Notes under the pieces: model-generated | The model's database searches: none | Seen by the model: only the letters and a program-made list of their open reading frames with translations | What the model was told of the DNA's origin: nothing | Shown here: piece after piece, positions 7,858 to 17,090 of the stretch | How positions within the stretch are numbered: position 1 is the stretch's first letter | How the letters are laid out: each line of letters opens with the position of its first letter | Translations under genes and position numbers: made by a program | From: an uncultured bacterium | Lineage (GTDB): Bacteria; Omnitrophota; Omnitrophia; Omnitrophales; Aquincolibacteriaceae | Length of the DNA stretch: 64,000 bases | Assembly: GCA_964434115.1 (NCBI GenBank) | Contig: CAYSSX010000004.1 | Coordinates: 175,688-239,687, forward strand | Reading direction: 5' to 3'

Positions 7858-8076
7858 TTAAATCGACAAAAAATAAATTCCGGCCGCCACAAGACTGACG
7901 CCTCCCGCCACAAAAAAAACCGTTCCCATCTTCCGCGCGGAATCATCAAAAAAATCAGACGTTTCAAACTCACTGAAATGTTTGTGATAGTTCCTGTAAA
8001 AAAGCAGCGGGCCGATCACGAGCGCAGCGCCGATCAGAACCAGAATCCAGCCCAGTATTTTTGAGGATTGCAGCAT
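7858..8076 (-). CDS. Small membrane protein (72 aa, 2 TM)
   Basis: Hydrophobic ORF starting 7 nt downstream of the acetyl-CoA synthetase stop. Confidence 0.4.
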   Translation of the reverse strand: MLQSSKILGWILVLIGAALVIGPLLFYRNYHKHFSEFETSDFFDDSARKMGTVFFVAGGVSLVAAGIYFLSI

Positions 8077-8082
8077 GCGGCC

Positions 8083-10224
8083 TTAAGCCCCCGGGGGAAG
8101 GTCCACAAGGATGCGGTGATCAATCACCGCGCAGCCTTCACCCTTGTTGTAAACAAAAAGCGGATTGATATCGAGTTCCGCGATTTCAGGACATTCCATC
8201 GCGAGCTGGGAAAGCCGCTGAAGGCATTCGGCGATCTTTTCAAGGTCCGCGGGTTTTTCGCCGCGCACGCCTTCCAGAATTTTAAAACTCTTGATGTCAT
8301 GAATCATATGCTGGGCGCTGAGCTGGACAATCGGCGCAACCCGGAACGTCACGTCCTTCATGACTTCCACATACGTTCCGCCAAGCCCGAACATGAGCGT
8401 GGGGCCAAACAACGGGTCTTTGTTAAGGCCCAGAATCACTTCGCGGCCCTTGGGCGCCATTTTCTGGACCGTGACGCCAAGGATGTTCGCGTCCGGATGA
8501 GACTTGGCGATGCGCGTGATCATTTCTTCCGCTGCCTTTTCGACGTCTTCCGGAGTCTTAATATTCAGGGCCACGCCGCCCACATCAATTTTATGCAGGA
8601 TCTGCGGAGAACTGATCTTCACCACCACCGGACAGCCGATTTCACGGGCCGCTTCGCCCGCGGCCTTGGCGTTAGGCGCGAGTTTCATGGGCAGAAGCGG
8701 GAAACCGTAGGCCTCAAGGACTTCCCTGACTTCATAATCATAAAGGGCGCTGCGCTTTTCCTTCACCGCTTTCTCAACCACCTTCCTCGCGCGCGCTTTA
8801 TCCACGGTGTAGGTGATGACTTGGGTGCGCGGCCGGCTCATCCACTCGCCGTACTGAACCATATGCGACAGGGTACGCGCCGCGGATTCGGGGAAGCGGT
8901 AGGCGGGCATATTCCATTTTTCTTCCAGCACTTTCACGCCGCCGGAAACATCCACAATGCCCATAAAACACGCGAGCACGGGCTTCTCGGATTTACTGCT
9001 GATGCGCCCCACGACTTCGGCGATTTCTTCAATGTCGGTCATGGCCTGCGGTGTCAGAATCACAATGACCGCGTCCACCCCCTCTTCTTTCAAAACAATT
9101 TCAAGCGCGGCTTCATAGCGTTCATGCTGGGCGTCGCCGATCACATCAATCGGGTTATTAAAATTCGCGGTGGAGGGAAGGTGTTTGCGGAGTTCCTGCT
9201 TGGTCGGTTCTGAAATTTCGGCCATCTCAAGGCCGTAGCGCACGCAGGCGTCGGTCGTCATAATGCCCGGCCCGCCGGCGTTCGTGACAATGGCGACGCG
9301 GTTTCCCTTGGGAAGTTTGCGGAGCGCGAACGCCTGGGCGTAATCAAAAAGTTCCTGCACGGTTTCCACGCGGAGAATTCCGCCCTGCTCAAAAATCGCG
9401 TTGTAAATTTCATCCGAACCTGCGAGCGCGCCGGTGTGAGACGACGCGGCCTTGGCGCCCTGCAGCGTACGGCCCGCCTTGATCGCGAGAATGGGTTTGC
9501 AGATTTGGGCATCCCCCGTGATCTTGCGCGCGAGCTGGACCATCTCCCGGGGGTGTGAAAGATTTTCCAGGTACATGAGGATGACATCGGTCTCTTCATC
9601 GTTACCGAGGAATTCCAGAAGCTCCAGCTCCGTGACGTCCGCCTTGTTGCCCATGCTGATAAATTTGGAGAACCCGATGTTCGCGCCCTTCGCGTAATCC
9701 AGCACCGACGTGCAGAGCGCTCCGCTCTGAGAAATAAAGGCAATGCGCCCGCGCTTCGGCATGGCGCGCCCAAAAGAAGCGTTCATCGCGATCTTGGGGT
9801 CGGTGTTGATAAGCCCCAGGCAGTTCGGGCCCAGAAGCGGGATGCCGTTTTTCCGGGCAAGCCCGGTGATTTGTTTTTCAATAAGCGCGCCCGCCTCGCC
9901 CACTTCTTTAAAGCCCGCGGAAATAATCACCGCCGCTTTCACGCCCTTGGCGATACACGCGTTGAAAGTTTCAAGGCTCGCTTCCGCGTGAACAATCAAA
10001 ATCGCAAGATCCACGGGATCGGGAATTTCAGAAACCGATTTGTAACAGCGCACGCCCATGATGCTGAGCGCCTTGGGGTTCACAGGGTAAAGCACGCCCT
10101 GGTAACCGCCCGTGATCAGGTTTTTAAAGACCGCGTGCCCGACGGCCTCGGGCCTGCGGGACGCGCCGATCACGGCAATGCTTTGGGGATTGAAAATAAA
10201 ATGAAGCGGATGTTTCGAGGTCAT
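8083..10224 (-). CDS. Acetyl-CoA synthetase, ADP-forming (fused alpha-beta; CoA-binding + succinyl-CoA-synthetase-like + ATP-grasp domains)
   Basis: ...NPQSIAVIGASRRPEAVGHAVFKNL... CoA-binding N-terminus and a C-terminal ATP-grasp domain. Likely start MTSKHPLHF at ATG 10224. The ORF-track N-terminus MVPFTIGTGNMLPVPAVSGTF (to 10317) is encoded by the repeat element 10258..10315 and is probably not real. Confidence 0.85.
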   Translation of the reverse strand: MTSKHPLHFIFNPQSIAVIGASRRPEAVGHAVFKNLITGGYQGVLYPVNPKALSIMGVRCYKSVSEIPDPVDLAILIVHAEASLETFNACIAKGVKAAVIISAGFKEVGEAGALIEKQITGLARKNGIPLLGPNCLGLINTDPKIAMNASFGRAMPKRGRIAFISQSGALCTSVLDYAKGANIGFSKFISMGNKADVTELELLEFLGNDEETDVILMYLENLSHPREMVQLARKITGDAQICKPILAIKAGRTLQGAKAASSHTGALAGSDEIYNAIFEQGGILRVETVQELFDYAQAFALRKLPKGNRVAIVTNAGGPGIMTTDACVRYGLEMAEISEPTKQELRKHLPSTANFNNPIDVIGDAQHERYEAALEIVLKEEGVDAVIVILTPQAMTDIEEIAEVVGRISSKSEKPVLACFMGIVDVSGGVKVLEEKWNMPAYRFPESAARTLSHMVQYGEWMSRPRTQVITYTVDKARARKVVEKAVKEKRSALYDYEVREVLEAYGFPLLPMKLAPNAKAAGEAAREIGCPVVVKISSPQILHKIDVGGVALNIKTPEDVEKAAEEMITRIAKSHPDANILGVTVQKMAPKGREVILGLNKDPLFGPTLMFGLGGTYVEVMKDVTFRVAPIVQLSAQHMIHDIKSFKILEGVRGEKPADLEKIAECLQRLSQLAMECPEIAELDINPLFVYNKGEGCAVIDHRILVDLPPGA

Positions 10225-10257
10225 GTCAAACCGTGTCTTTCCGGGGGGTTCTAAAAA

Positions 10258-10315
10258 GGTACCGCTTACCGCGGGGACAGGTAACATGTTACCTGTCCCT
10301 ATGGTAAACGGTACC
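10258..10315. repeat. GGTACC-type palindromic repeat element, full copy (GGTACCGCTTACC - 26 bp perfect palindrome GGGACAGGTAACATGTTACCTGTCCC - GGTAAACGGTACC)
   Basis: Imperfect 13 bp terminal inverted repeats flank a perfect 26 bp palindrome at 10274..10299. Intergenic between the pirin stop and the Acd start. Confidence 0.8.
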
Positions 10316-10316
10316 A

Positions 10317-11018
10317 TTACGCGAGATCAAAAATTAAAACTTCAGCACCTGCCGCGCCTGCCTTGAAGGAAATTTCCAATTCGTTTTCAAAAGAGGCCCC
10401 GTCTCCCTGTTTCAGATTTTCCCGGGCCAGGTGAATCTCGCCCTTGGCCACCTGCAGCCACGCGTAACGGGAAGGGTTCATCGGGTAACGAAGTTCCACA
10501 TCGGAACCCGGACGGGCCAAAAGAAGCACGGCATCCTGATGGATTTTCATGGACCCTTCGCGCGCGTCCGGGGAAGCCACCACGCAAAACCCGTCTTTTC
10601 CCGCATCAGCGCCAAAGGCCTTTTGCTCATAGCCCGGTGTCAGCCCGCGTTTGTCCGGCATGATCCAGATTTGCAGGAGGTGAAGGGTCTCCGTGTCCGA
10701 AGGGTTGATTTCGCTGTGCGTGATTCCGGACCCGGCCGTCATGCGCTGGGCCTCGCCTTTTTCAATAATGCCTTTTTGGCCCGTACTGTCCTGATGCTGG
10801 ACCCGGCCTTCCAGAATATAAGTGATGATTTCCATGTCGCGGTGGGAATGCGGGTGAAAACCATTGGAGGGCAGGACCTTGTCATCATTGATCACACGCA
10901 GAGAACGGAACCCCATATACCGCGGGTCATGGTAATCCCCGAAGGAAAAGCTGTGATAACTCTCAAGCCAGTCGATCTTGGTGCGGCCCCGTTCATGGCC
11001 GCGGCGAAGATGAATCAT
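10317..11018 (-). CDS. Pirin-family cupin protein (quercetin 2,3-dioxygenase-like)
   Basis: ...FGDYHDPRYMGFRSLRVINDDKV...HPHSHRDMEIITYILEG... pirin N-terminal cupin His motif. Confidence 0.85.
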   Translation of the reverse strand: MIHLRRGHERGRTKIDWLESYHSFSFGDYHDPRYMGFRSLRVINDDKVLPSNGFHPHSHRDMEIITYILEGRVQHQDSTGQKGIIEKGEAQRMTAGSGITHSEINPSDTETLHLLQIWIMPDKRGLTPGYEQKAFGADAGKDGFCVVASPDAREGSMKIHQDAVLLLARPGSDVELRYPMNPSRYAWLQVAKGEIHLARENLKQGDGASFENELEISFKAGAAGAEVLIFDLA

Positions 11019-11067
11019 TTCGCCCTCTCTTTTTTGTCAGCCTTCAATTGCGTGTAACGCCTGTCCC

Positions 11068-11907
11068 TTAGTTGACGGGAGCATTCGCGTTGGAAAGAAT
11101 CCGGATTTCGCGCTGGGGGTACGGCATCACAATGCCGTTCGCGTTGAACGCTTTCAGAACCATCAAGTTAACGGCGTAAAGCGTTTCAAAATACTTCGTT
11201 GTCGGGACCCAGTAGCGGTATTCAATCGTGATCGCCGAATCCGCGAAATTAAGGATGCCGATCGTGGGTTTTTGAGACTTGTCCACGCAGTCAATAGAAT
11301 CGATAATGCCCCGGATCAAGTTGATGGCCTTTTCGGGGTCGCTTTCATAGCTGATGCCGACCGAACATTCGGCGGCACGGCACAATTTGGAGTTATGGAG
11401 GATCTCGCCGACAATGGATTTGTTCGGGATCACAATCCTGACGCCGTCTTCATTCACGAGAATGGTGCTGGCCAGCTTCACCTCTTCCACAACACCGCTG
11501 ACGCCCGCGACCGTGATGGCGTTACCGACCACAAAGGGCCGGGTCAGAATAATCGAGAGACCTGCCCCATAATTGGAGATCGGCCCCTGAATGGCGATCG
11601 TAGCACCGAAGGCAACCGCGCTCAACGCCGCGATAAAAGGCGCGACGGTAATGCCGAAATTCCCCAGCGCGATAATCACCGTGAAACCCAGCACAATGAT
11701 CCGTATCACGCTTGAAAGAAATTTGGAAAGAGTGACATCAAGGTTCTTTTTCTGGAAAAAGGCGAACAGGACGCGGCCCACCCAATTGGAAACCATGAAA
11801 CCCGCGATCAAAATGATGATGGCGCCGATAACCTGAAAACTGTAATTCACGAAAAATTCAATGAGGGTGTTGATAAGGTTCTGAAGCGTTGAAATGTTTT
11901 CCTTCAT
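11068..11907 (-). CDS. mscS: Small-conductance mechanosensitive channel (MscS family)
   Basis: ...APFIAALSAVAFGATIAIQGPISNYGAGLSIILTRPFVVGNAITVAGVSGVVEEVKLASTILVNEDG... Strong RBS GGAGGAG upstream of ATG 11907. Confidence 0.85.
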   Translation of the reverse strand: MKENISTLQNLINTLIEFFVNYSFQVIGAIIILIAGFMVSNWVGRVLFAFFQKKNLDVTLSKFLSSVIRIIVLGFTVIIALGNFGITVAPFIAALSAVAFGATIAIQGPISNYGAGLSIILTRPFVVGNAITVAGVSGVVEEVKLASTILVNEDGVRIVIPNKSIVGEILHNSKLCRAAECSVGISYESDPEKAINLIRGIIDSIDCVDKSQKPTIGILNFADSAITIEYRYWVPTTKYFETLYAVNLMVLKAFNANGIVMPYPQREIRILSNANAPVN

Positions 11908-12067
11908 ACTTCTCCTCCAGGGGGGGACGACGCCGTTTTTTAATCTGCCTTCACGCAAGACTATTCAAAAGATGGACCGTGGTGCTATGATACCAAAAAT
12001 AAATCCGGTTTTCATCCGTTAGCTTAAAATCCGATGAATTTCCGACATCAAAAAAAAGAGGACGCTC

Positions 12068-13348
12068 GTGAAACCTGCTAAAACACCTCTCTTTGCCCTG
12101 CTGACCGCCTTGCTGCTCCTGGTTATTCTGGAAGCCTTCTCGTATGCGGCTTTGGCCCTTCTCAAACAGCCCGCCAAAACCGAGGAGAGCCTGAAGGCCG
12201 CGGACCACGAATTTGAAGGCGTGGTTGACCAATCGGACCCGAACAAAAAAGACGCGGATTACCGTTCCAGCGAAGTCATTCATCCTTTTACGGGCTTTAT
12301 CAATTATCCCACCCCGGGCGTGGACCCCTACGGGTTCCGCAATGACGTTTACTCCCCGCTTCAGAAAAAGCAGCCCGGCCGTGTCATCATCGGAATTCAG
12401 GGCGGATCCGTGGCTTATTATTTCTGGCATACGGAACGGGAAAATCTGATCCGTATGCTGAAATCCCAGCCTTATTTTCAGGACAAGGAAATTGTCATCG
12501 TCAACCTGACGCTCGGCGGCGGCAAACAGCCCCAGCAATTGATGATTTTAAATTACCTGCTTTCTTTGGGGGCAGAGTTCGACATCATCATCAACATCGA
12601 CGGCTTTAACGATGTGGCGGTCACCGCTTACAATTATCTGAACTGGACACTCTTCCCTGCTTTTCCGAGAGACTGGCCGCTCCGGGTCAATGTCCTCTCC
12701 GCGCCGACTCTTCTTCAGGCCGCGGGAGAAGCCGCGTTCCTCAAGCATTTGAGAAAAGAACTCACCGCGCGCAGGGAAAAATCCGCTCTCGTCAAGGTCA
12801 GCGCCACCGCGCGACTGTTTTATCAGCTCGCCGGCCAATGGCTGGATGCGGCAGTGTACCGCGCGCAGCTCACGCTTTTGCAGCAGGACCTCAGCAAGGA
12901 ACAATCCGTCCTTCTCGGCCCGGAGGTTTCTTTTGAATCTCCGAACGCGGCCCTTGAGGAAGCGGCCCGGATCTGGGAGCGTTCTTCTTTGACCATGGCC
13001 CAGATCTGCAAAGCCAAAGGCATTGCTTATTTCCATTTCCTCCAGCCCAACCAGTATGTGCCGGACAGCAAAAAATTCACGGACGAAGAAAGGAATCTTT
13101 TTTATAAAGAAGACCATGTTTACCGCGACGGCGTGGTCATGGGCTATCCGCTTCTTTTAAAAGCCGGCCTGAATTTAAAAGCTCAGGGCGTTCTTTTCAC
13201 GGACCTCGTGTGGCTGTTCCTGGATGTTCAGGAAGCGGTTTATGGCGACGAGTGCTGCCACCTGAATCCAGCGGGAAACAACCGCATGGCCCTTGCCGTT
13301 GCCTACACCCTTCTTTCCCAAGCCGCGGCACTCCCTCCCTCGTCCTAG
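12068..13348 (+). CDS. Membrane-anchored SGNH / DltD-AlgX-like hydrolase or acyltransferase family protein
   Basis: GTG start with RBS AAGAGGA; N-terminal TM/signal; C-terminal ...YGDECCHLNPAGNNRMA... resembling the SGNH catalytic D-x-x-H block. The minus-strand ORF 11951..12538 is antisense. Confidence 0.5.
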   Translation: MKPAKTPLFALLTALLLLVILEAFSYAALALLKQPAKTEESLKAADHEFEGVVDQSDPNKKDADYRSSEVIHPFTGFINYPTPGVDPYGFRNDVYSPLQKKQPGRVIIGIQGGSVAYYFWHTERENLIRMLKSQPYFQDKEIVIVNLTLGGGKQPQQLMILNYLLSLGAEFDIIINIDGFNDVAVTAYNYLNWTLFPAFPRDWPLRVNVLSAPTLLQAAGEAAFLKHLRKELTARREKSALVKVSATARLFYQLAGQWLDAAVYRAQLTLLQQDLSKEQSVLLGPEVSFESPNAALEEAARIWERSSLTMAQICKAKGIAYFHFLQPNQYVPDSKKFTDEERNLFYKEDHVYRDGVVMGYPLLLKAGLNLKAQGVLFTDLVWLFLDVQEAVYGDECCHLNPAGNNRMALAVAYTLLSQAAALPPSS

Positions 13349-13574
13349 TTTTCGCAGACTCCCCTCGGGAGACGTTGACATTTTTGTCACAACGCTTCCC
13401 TCACCCACGACACTTCTGGCGCAAAGAATCCTTTTCCGGCGCAAACTTCCATTTTTGACTATTTTCATAACTCCTTATTTTACAGATATTTAAAAACATA
13501 TCATTAAGACTTAAATGTTGGCATGCCTTATGCAATCCCTAGGTCAAAACTGTTGGGCAAAGGAGAACGTCACT

Positions 13575-13781
13575 ATGAATGCAACGCGTGAACTTGTGAA
13601 AGTAACCGGGAGCGGAAAAATGAAAAAGTTTTCAACCCTGCTGGCTCTGCGTAAAGCGGTTTTAGATGAACGCTATGAAGATTGCGGGAAGCTTGTCGCC
13701 TCCGCGCTTCGCTTTCACGCTTCACAAGCCGAAGTGGCGAAGATTCTCCAGGACCCTTATTGCAATCTCGAAGGATTTTAA
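13575..13781 (+). CDS. Small hypothetical protein (68 aa)
   Basis: RBS AAGGAGA 5 nt upstream of ATG 13575; followed by a terminator. Confidence 0.4.
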   Translation: MNATRELVKVTGSGKMKKFSTLLALRKAVLDERYEDCGKLVASALRFHASQAEVAKILQDPYCNLEGF

Positions 13782-13788
13782 CCGCCCG

Positions 13789-13840
13789 GGCGCGGGACCG
13801 ATAAACCCCGGCAGAGACCGGAGTCGGTTCCGCGCCTTTT
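13789..13840 (+). terminator. Rho-independent terminator (13 bp imperfect stem GGCGCGGGACCGA...TCGGTTCCGCGCC followed by TTTT)
   Basis: Seen directly downstream of the 13575..13781 ORF. Confidence 0.5.
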
Positions 13841-13849
13841 AAAAAAACC

Positions 13850-15199
13850 GTGGCAGGCCCCACGCCTCTGGCGTATCATCCTTCCATGACCTGCCCCTTC
13901 GAAACTTTTTTTTCTTTCCTGAAACGCATCTCGAATTTTCTTTTTCAAAAGCCCCGCATTTTTCAGATCATCGTCTTCGCTTTTTTTGTAGGCCTGGGAA
14001 TTTCGACGGTCTACCGCGGCGGCATCAGCAAGCATCAGCGGACAGATTTCGCGGTGTTTGTACGCGCCGCCCAGGCCGTGGAGGCGAACCAGAATATCTA
14101 CGATGTCAAAACGGTCCGCCAGTGGAATTACGTGTACCTGCCGCTTTTGGCCATTCTGACCGTTCCCCTGACGTATATCCCTTTTCCGATGGCCGTATTT
14201 TTATGGTATGTCTTTTCCGCAGGCGCGTATGTGCTGGTGTTTAAGCTTGCCATCCGTCTCGGCCCTAATGCCCGGGACGGTTTTTTTGCGGCTTTGGCCG
14301 CGGCCCTGCTTTCTCTGCCCGCTTTCCTGAATACACTGTCGCGCGGGCAGCTGGGCGTGTTAAGCGTCCTCTTCGCGCTCGGCGTGTTCTGGCTTTATTT
14401 GCGCAAAAGAGATTTTCTCGCGGGGATTTTGCTGGCCTTTGGGATTGTCCTGAAAACAAGCCCGCTGGCGCCGCTGGTTTTCTTCTTTCTCTTTAAACGG
14501 AGCTGGCGGGTTTTGGCGGGATGCGCGCTCGGCGCTGTTCTTTTTGTACTTGTGATTCCTTCTCTGCCGCAGGGTTTTTCCAGAAACATGTTCTGGCTCT
14601 CGGAGTATTTCAGAATCACCACCTACGCGGTTTCTGACAAAGGTTATGACGGCCTGTTATGGCAGCAGCTGGTCACCCCTTTCGCGGAAGACAACCAATC
14701 CGCCTACGCGGTGCTGACCCGGCTCAAGTGGGGAACGGAAGCCGCTTTTATCGGGCACTCCAATGAGGCTGTGCGCTGGGTCATGCGGGTGCTGGGAGGC
14801 GTCCTGCTCTTCATCGCGGCCGCGGCGGGAATCAAGCACTCCAAGCGGGCGCCTGTGAAAAGACTTCTTCTGGAATATTCGCTGTTTCCCATGGTCATGC
14901 TTTGGGTCTCGCCCATCACGCAGACGCATCATTACACGGTGCTTTATCTTTTATTTCTCGCCGGGGCTTTTTATCTGATCGAAACTCCGCCCGAGGACAA
15001 ACGCGGCAGGCTCTTCATTCACGCGGGACTTTTGACCGGAGGTTTTAGTTTTCTGGCGGGGCTTGTTTCGGAACCGCTGGCATGGTGGGGTGTTCCGGTG
15101 TGGGGTTCCATGATTTCCCTGGCCTTGCTTTACCCGCCCGCCCTTAAGACTTCAAAAAAAGACGGTCACCGGGAACAGCCGCTTCAGCTTGAGGTTTAA
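13850..15199 (+). CDS. Polytopic membrane protein, DUF2029 / GT87-like (glycosyltransferase-like)
   Basis: About 11 predicted TM helices, 449 aa. GTG 13850 or ATG 13886 are both possible starts and neither has a good RBS. Confidence 0.5.
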   Translation: MAGPTPLAYHPSMTCPFETFFSFLKRISNFLFQKPRIFQIIVFAFFVGLGISTVYRGGISKHQRTDFAVFVRAAQAVEANQNIYDVKTVRQWNYVYLPLLAILTVPLTYIPFPMAVFLWYVFSAGAYVLVFKLAIRLGPNARDGFFAALAAALLSLPAFLNTLSRGQLGVLSVLFALGVFWLYLRKRDFLAGILLAFGIVLKTSPLAPLVFFFLFKRSWRVLAGCALGAVLFVLVIPSLPQGFSRNMFWLSEYFRITTYAVSDKGYDGLLWQQLVTPFAEDNQSAYAVLTRLKWGTEAAFIGHSNEAVRWVMRVLGGVLLFIAAAAGIKHSKRAPVKRLLLEYSLFPMVMLWVSPITQTHHYTVLYLLFLAGAFYLIETPPEDKRGRLFIHAGLLTGGFSFLAGLVSEPLAWWGVPVWGSMISLALLYPPALKTSKKDGHREQPLQLEV

Positions 15200-16629
15200 G
15201 ACGCGCTGATGCGGTGAATCTTGGTCATGTACCGCGCTCCGGGGAGCGCCTGCTTTCCGGAGAGAACCACGACCGGGTCGCCTTCTTCCAGCAAATCCGC
15301 TTTCAACACCGCTTCATCCCCTTGTTTCAGCATCTCATCGGTATTGCGCGCATAATTCACAATCACCGCGGTGACGCCCCGGAGAAGCGTCAGGTGGCGG
15401 GCAATGTGTCCCAGCGGGACCAGCGCAATAATCGGCGCCGAGGGTCTTAGTTTAGACATAAGCACCGCGGTTTTTCCGCTCAAAGTAAAAACCACAATCG
15501 CGCGGGCCTGCAAGGTTGCCGCCGCGTTCCGGGCCGCCAGCGTGATCGCGTTCACGGCCGCGTCCTCCGGTTTGGAATAAAAAGGAATGGTGCGTTCATC
15601 CGCGGGGCGTGAGGAGAGAATGTCGTTCTCCGCTTCCTGAATCACATTGGCCATGACGCGCACACATTCCAAGGGGTATTGCCCCACCGCGGTCTCACCG
15701 GAAAGCATCACCGCGTCTGTACCGTCATAAACGGCATTGGCAATATCGGAAGCCTCGGCACGGGTCGGGCGGAACTGCTTGATCATGGTTTCCAGCATCT
15801 GCGTGGCCGTAATCACGGGAATGCGCATCTGGTTGGCCGAATCGATCAATTGCTTTTGAATCACGGGGACTTTTTCCACACCCAGCTCAATGCCAAGGTC
15901 CCCGCGCGCGACCATGATTCCGTCCGCGACTTTGAGGATCGCGTTGATGTGTTTAAGCGCGCTTGGTTTCTCAATTTTAGCAATAATAGGGATCTGTTTG
16001 TTGCGGCGCTGCATCCATTTCTTGGCGGCAATAATGTCCTGTTCACTGCGGACAAAAGAAAGCGCGATAAAATCAACATCTTCATCAAGGGCCACGGCGA
16101 GGTCCGCCTTGTCTTTGGCCGTGAGCGCGGGAAGCGTAATGGGTGCGTTGGGAATGTTGATTCCTTTGTTTTCCCCAAGAAGTCCGCCGGCCACCACAAG
16201 CGCGCGGAAGCGGCCCTTTTCATGGGCCTGAATCTGGATCTCGATCACACCGTTGTCGAGCATGACATGGTCGCCCGTTTTTACCATCAGCGGAAACTCG
16301 CGGCAGGGCGTGGTCACGACCTTGCCTTCGCCCACAGCCCCGCCTGGAACCACATAAATGGTTTCTCCGGTTTTTAAATCGAGCGGCTTTTTATCTTTCA
16401 GTTTTCCGGTGCGGATACGCGGTCCTTGAAGGTCGACCAGGATCGCGGCTGATTTTCCGGCCCATTTGGAGGCCTGACGGATCAGCTGGATCCACTCGCG
16501 CAGGCCCTCCGGATTCGTGTGGGAGGCATTGATACGGACAACGTCCACGCCCTCCCGCAAAAGAGTGCCTAAACTTTCCTTTTTGTCGCAGGCAGGCCCC
16601 ACGGTTGCAATGATCTTTGTTTTTTTCAT
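15196..16629 (-). CDS. pyk: Pyruvate kinase
   Basis: MKKTKIIATVGPACD... N-terminus, RBS GGAGA upstream of ATG 16629. The ORF-track extension to 16692 is not supported. Confidence 0.9.
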   Translation of the reverse strand: MKKTKIIATVGPACDKKESLGTLLREGVDVVRINASHTNPEGLREWIQLIRQASKWAGKSAAILVDLQGPRIRTGKLKDKKPLDLKTGETIYVVPGGAVGEGKVVTTPCREFPLMVKTGDHVMLDNGVIEIQIQAHEKGRFRALVVAGGLLGENKGINIPNAPITLPALTAKDKADLAVALDEDVDFIALSFVRSEQDIIAAKKWMQRRNKQIPIIAKIEKPSALKHINAILKVADGIMVARGDLGIELGVEKVPVIQKQLIDSANQMRIPVITATQMLETMIKQFRPTRAEASDIANAVYDGTDAVMLSGETAVGQYPLECVRVMANVIQEAENDILSSRPADERTIPFYSKPEDAAVNAITLAARNAAATLQARAIVVFTLSGKTAVLMSKLRPSAPIIALVPLGHIARHLTLLRGVTAVIVNYARNTDEMLKQGDEAVLKADLLEEGDPVVVLSGKQALPGARYMTKIHRISAS

Positions 16630-16650
16630 GCCGCTTCTCCGGTTTTTGTC

Positions 16651-16690
16651 GGGGAGAAATAAAAAATGGCCCGGCATTTCCTGCCGGGCC
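16651..16690 (-). terminator. Rho-independent terminator downstream of cspA (hairpin GGCCCGGCA-TTTCC-TGCCGGGCC followed by TTTTTTATTT on the minus strand)
   Basis: Perfect 9 bp stem plus U-tract. Confidence 0.7.
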
Positions 16691-16711
16691 ATTCCGGGTA
16701 TCCGTGTTTCA

Positions 16712-16912
16712 CTACTTCTTCACAACGTTGACAGCCTGATCGCCCTTGGGACCCTTTTGGATCTCAAATTCGACATCCTGGCCTTCTTCCAGAGTCCTGT
16801 AACCATCGCCCTGGATAGCGGTGTGATGAACGAAAACATCGCTTCCGTTCTCAGGTGTAATGAACCCGTAACCTTTTTGATTGTTAAACCACTTCACTTT
16901 ACCTCGTGCCAT
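16712..16912 (-). CDS. cspA: Cold-shock protein (CspA family)
   Basis: [33 protein letters not shown]... RNP motifs; RBS AAGGAG 8 nt upstream of ATG 16912. Confidence 0.9.
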   Translation of the reverse strand: MARGKVKWFNNQKGYGFITPENGSDVFVHHTAIQGDGYRTLEEGQDVEFEIQKGPKGDQAVNVVKK

Positions 16913-16950
16913 TCCCGCGGCTCCTTTCAACTCGCCGGTGATCCGGACAG

Positions 16951-16990
16951 AAATAAAAAAACCGCAAGGCGGTCGTAAACTGCCTGCGGT
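16951..16990 (-). terminator. Hairpin + U-tract (ACCGCAGGCAGTTTACGACCGCCTTGCGGT TTTTTTTATTT on the minus strand) between the response regulator gene and cspA
   Basis: Shares the GAAATAAAAAA motif with the terminator at 16651..16690. A TTGACA box on the minus strand at ~17055 suggests it may lie within a structured csp 5' leader. Confidence 0.5.
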
Positions 16991-17090
16991 TTAAATCTCG
17001 GGTCTCAGATAATCCGTGCGATACTGCTGTTTCATATTCAATAAAAGAATGCATGAATTCCACGCCTTTGTCAACTGGGTTCCCGGCTTT

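Noticed and set aside
8068-9213. 381 aa plus-strand ORF and other plus-strand ORFs inside the Acd gene
   Set aside because: Antisense to a well-supported ADP-forming acetyl-CoA synthetase; no RBS; reverse-frame composition.
11951-12538. 195 aa minus-strand ORF
   Set aside because: Overlaps the 5' half of the plus-strand SGNH-like gene, which has an RBS, signal sequence and conserved motifs; looks like antisense noise.
13370-13400. Near-palindrome GTTGACA-TTTT-TGTCA(C)AAC upstream of the small ORF at 13575
   Set aside because: Imperfect (one inserted base) and single-copy; cannot distinguish a regulator site from chance.
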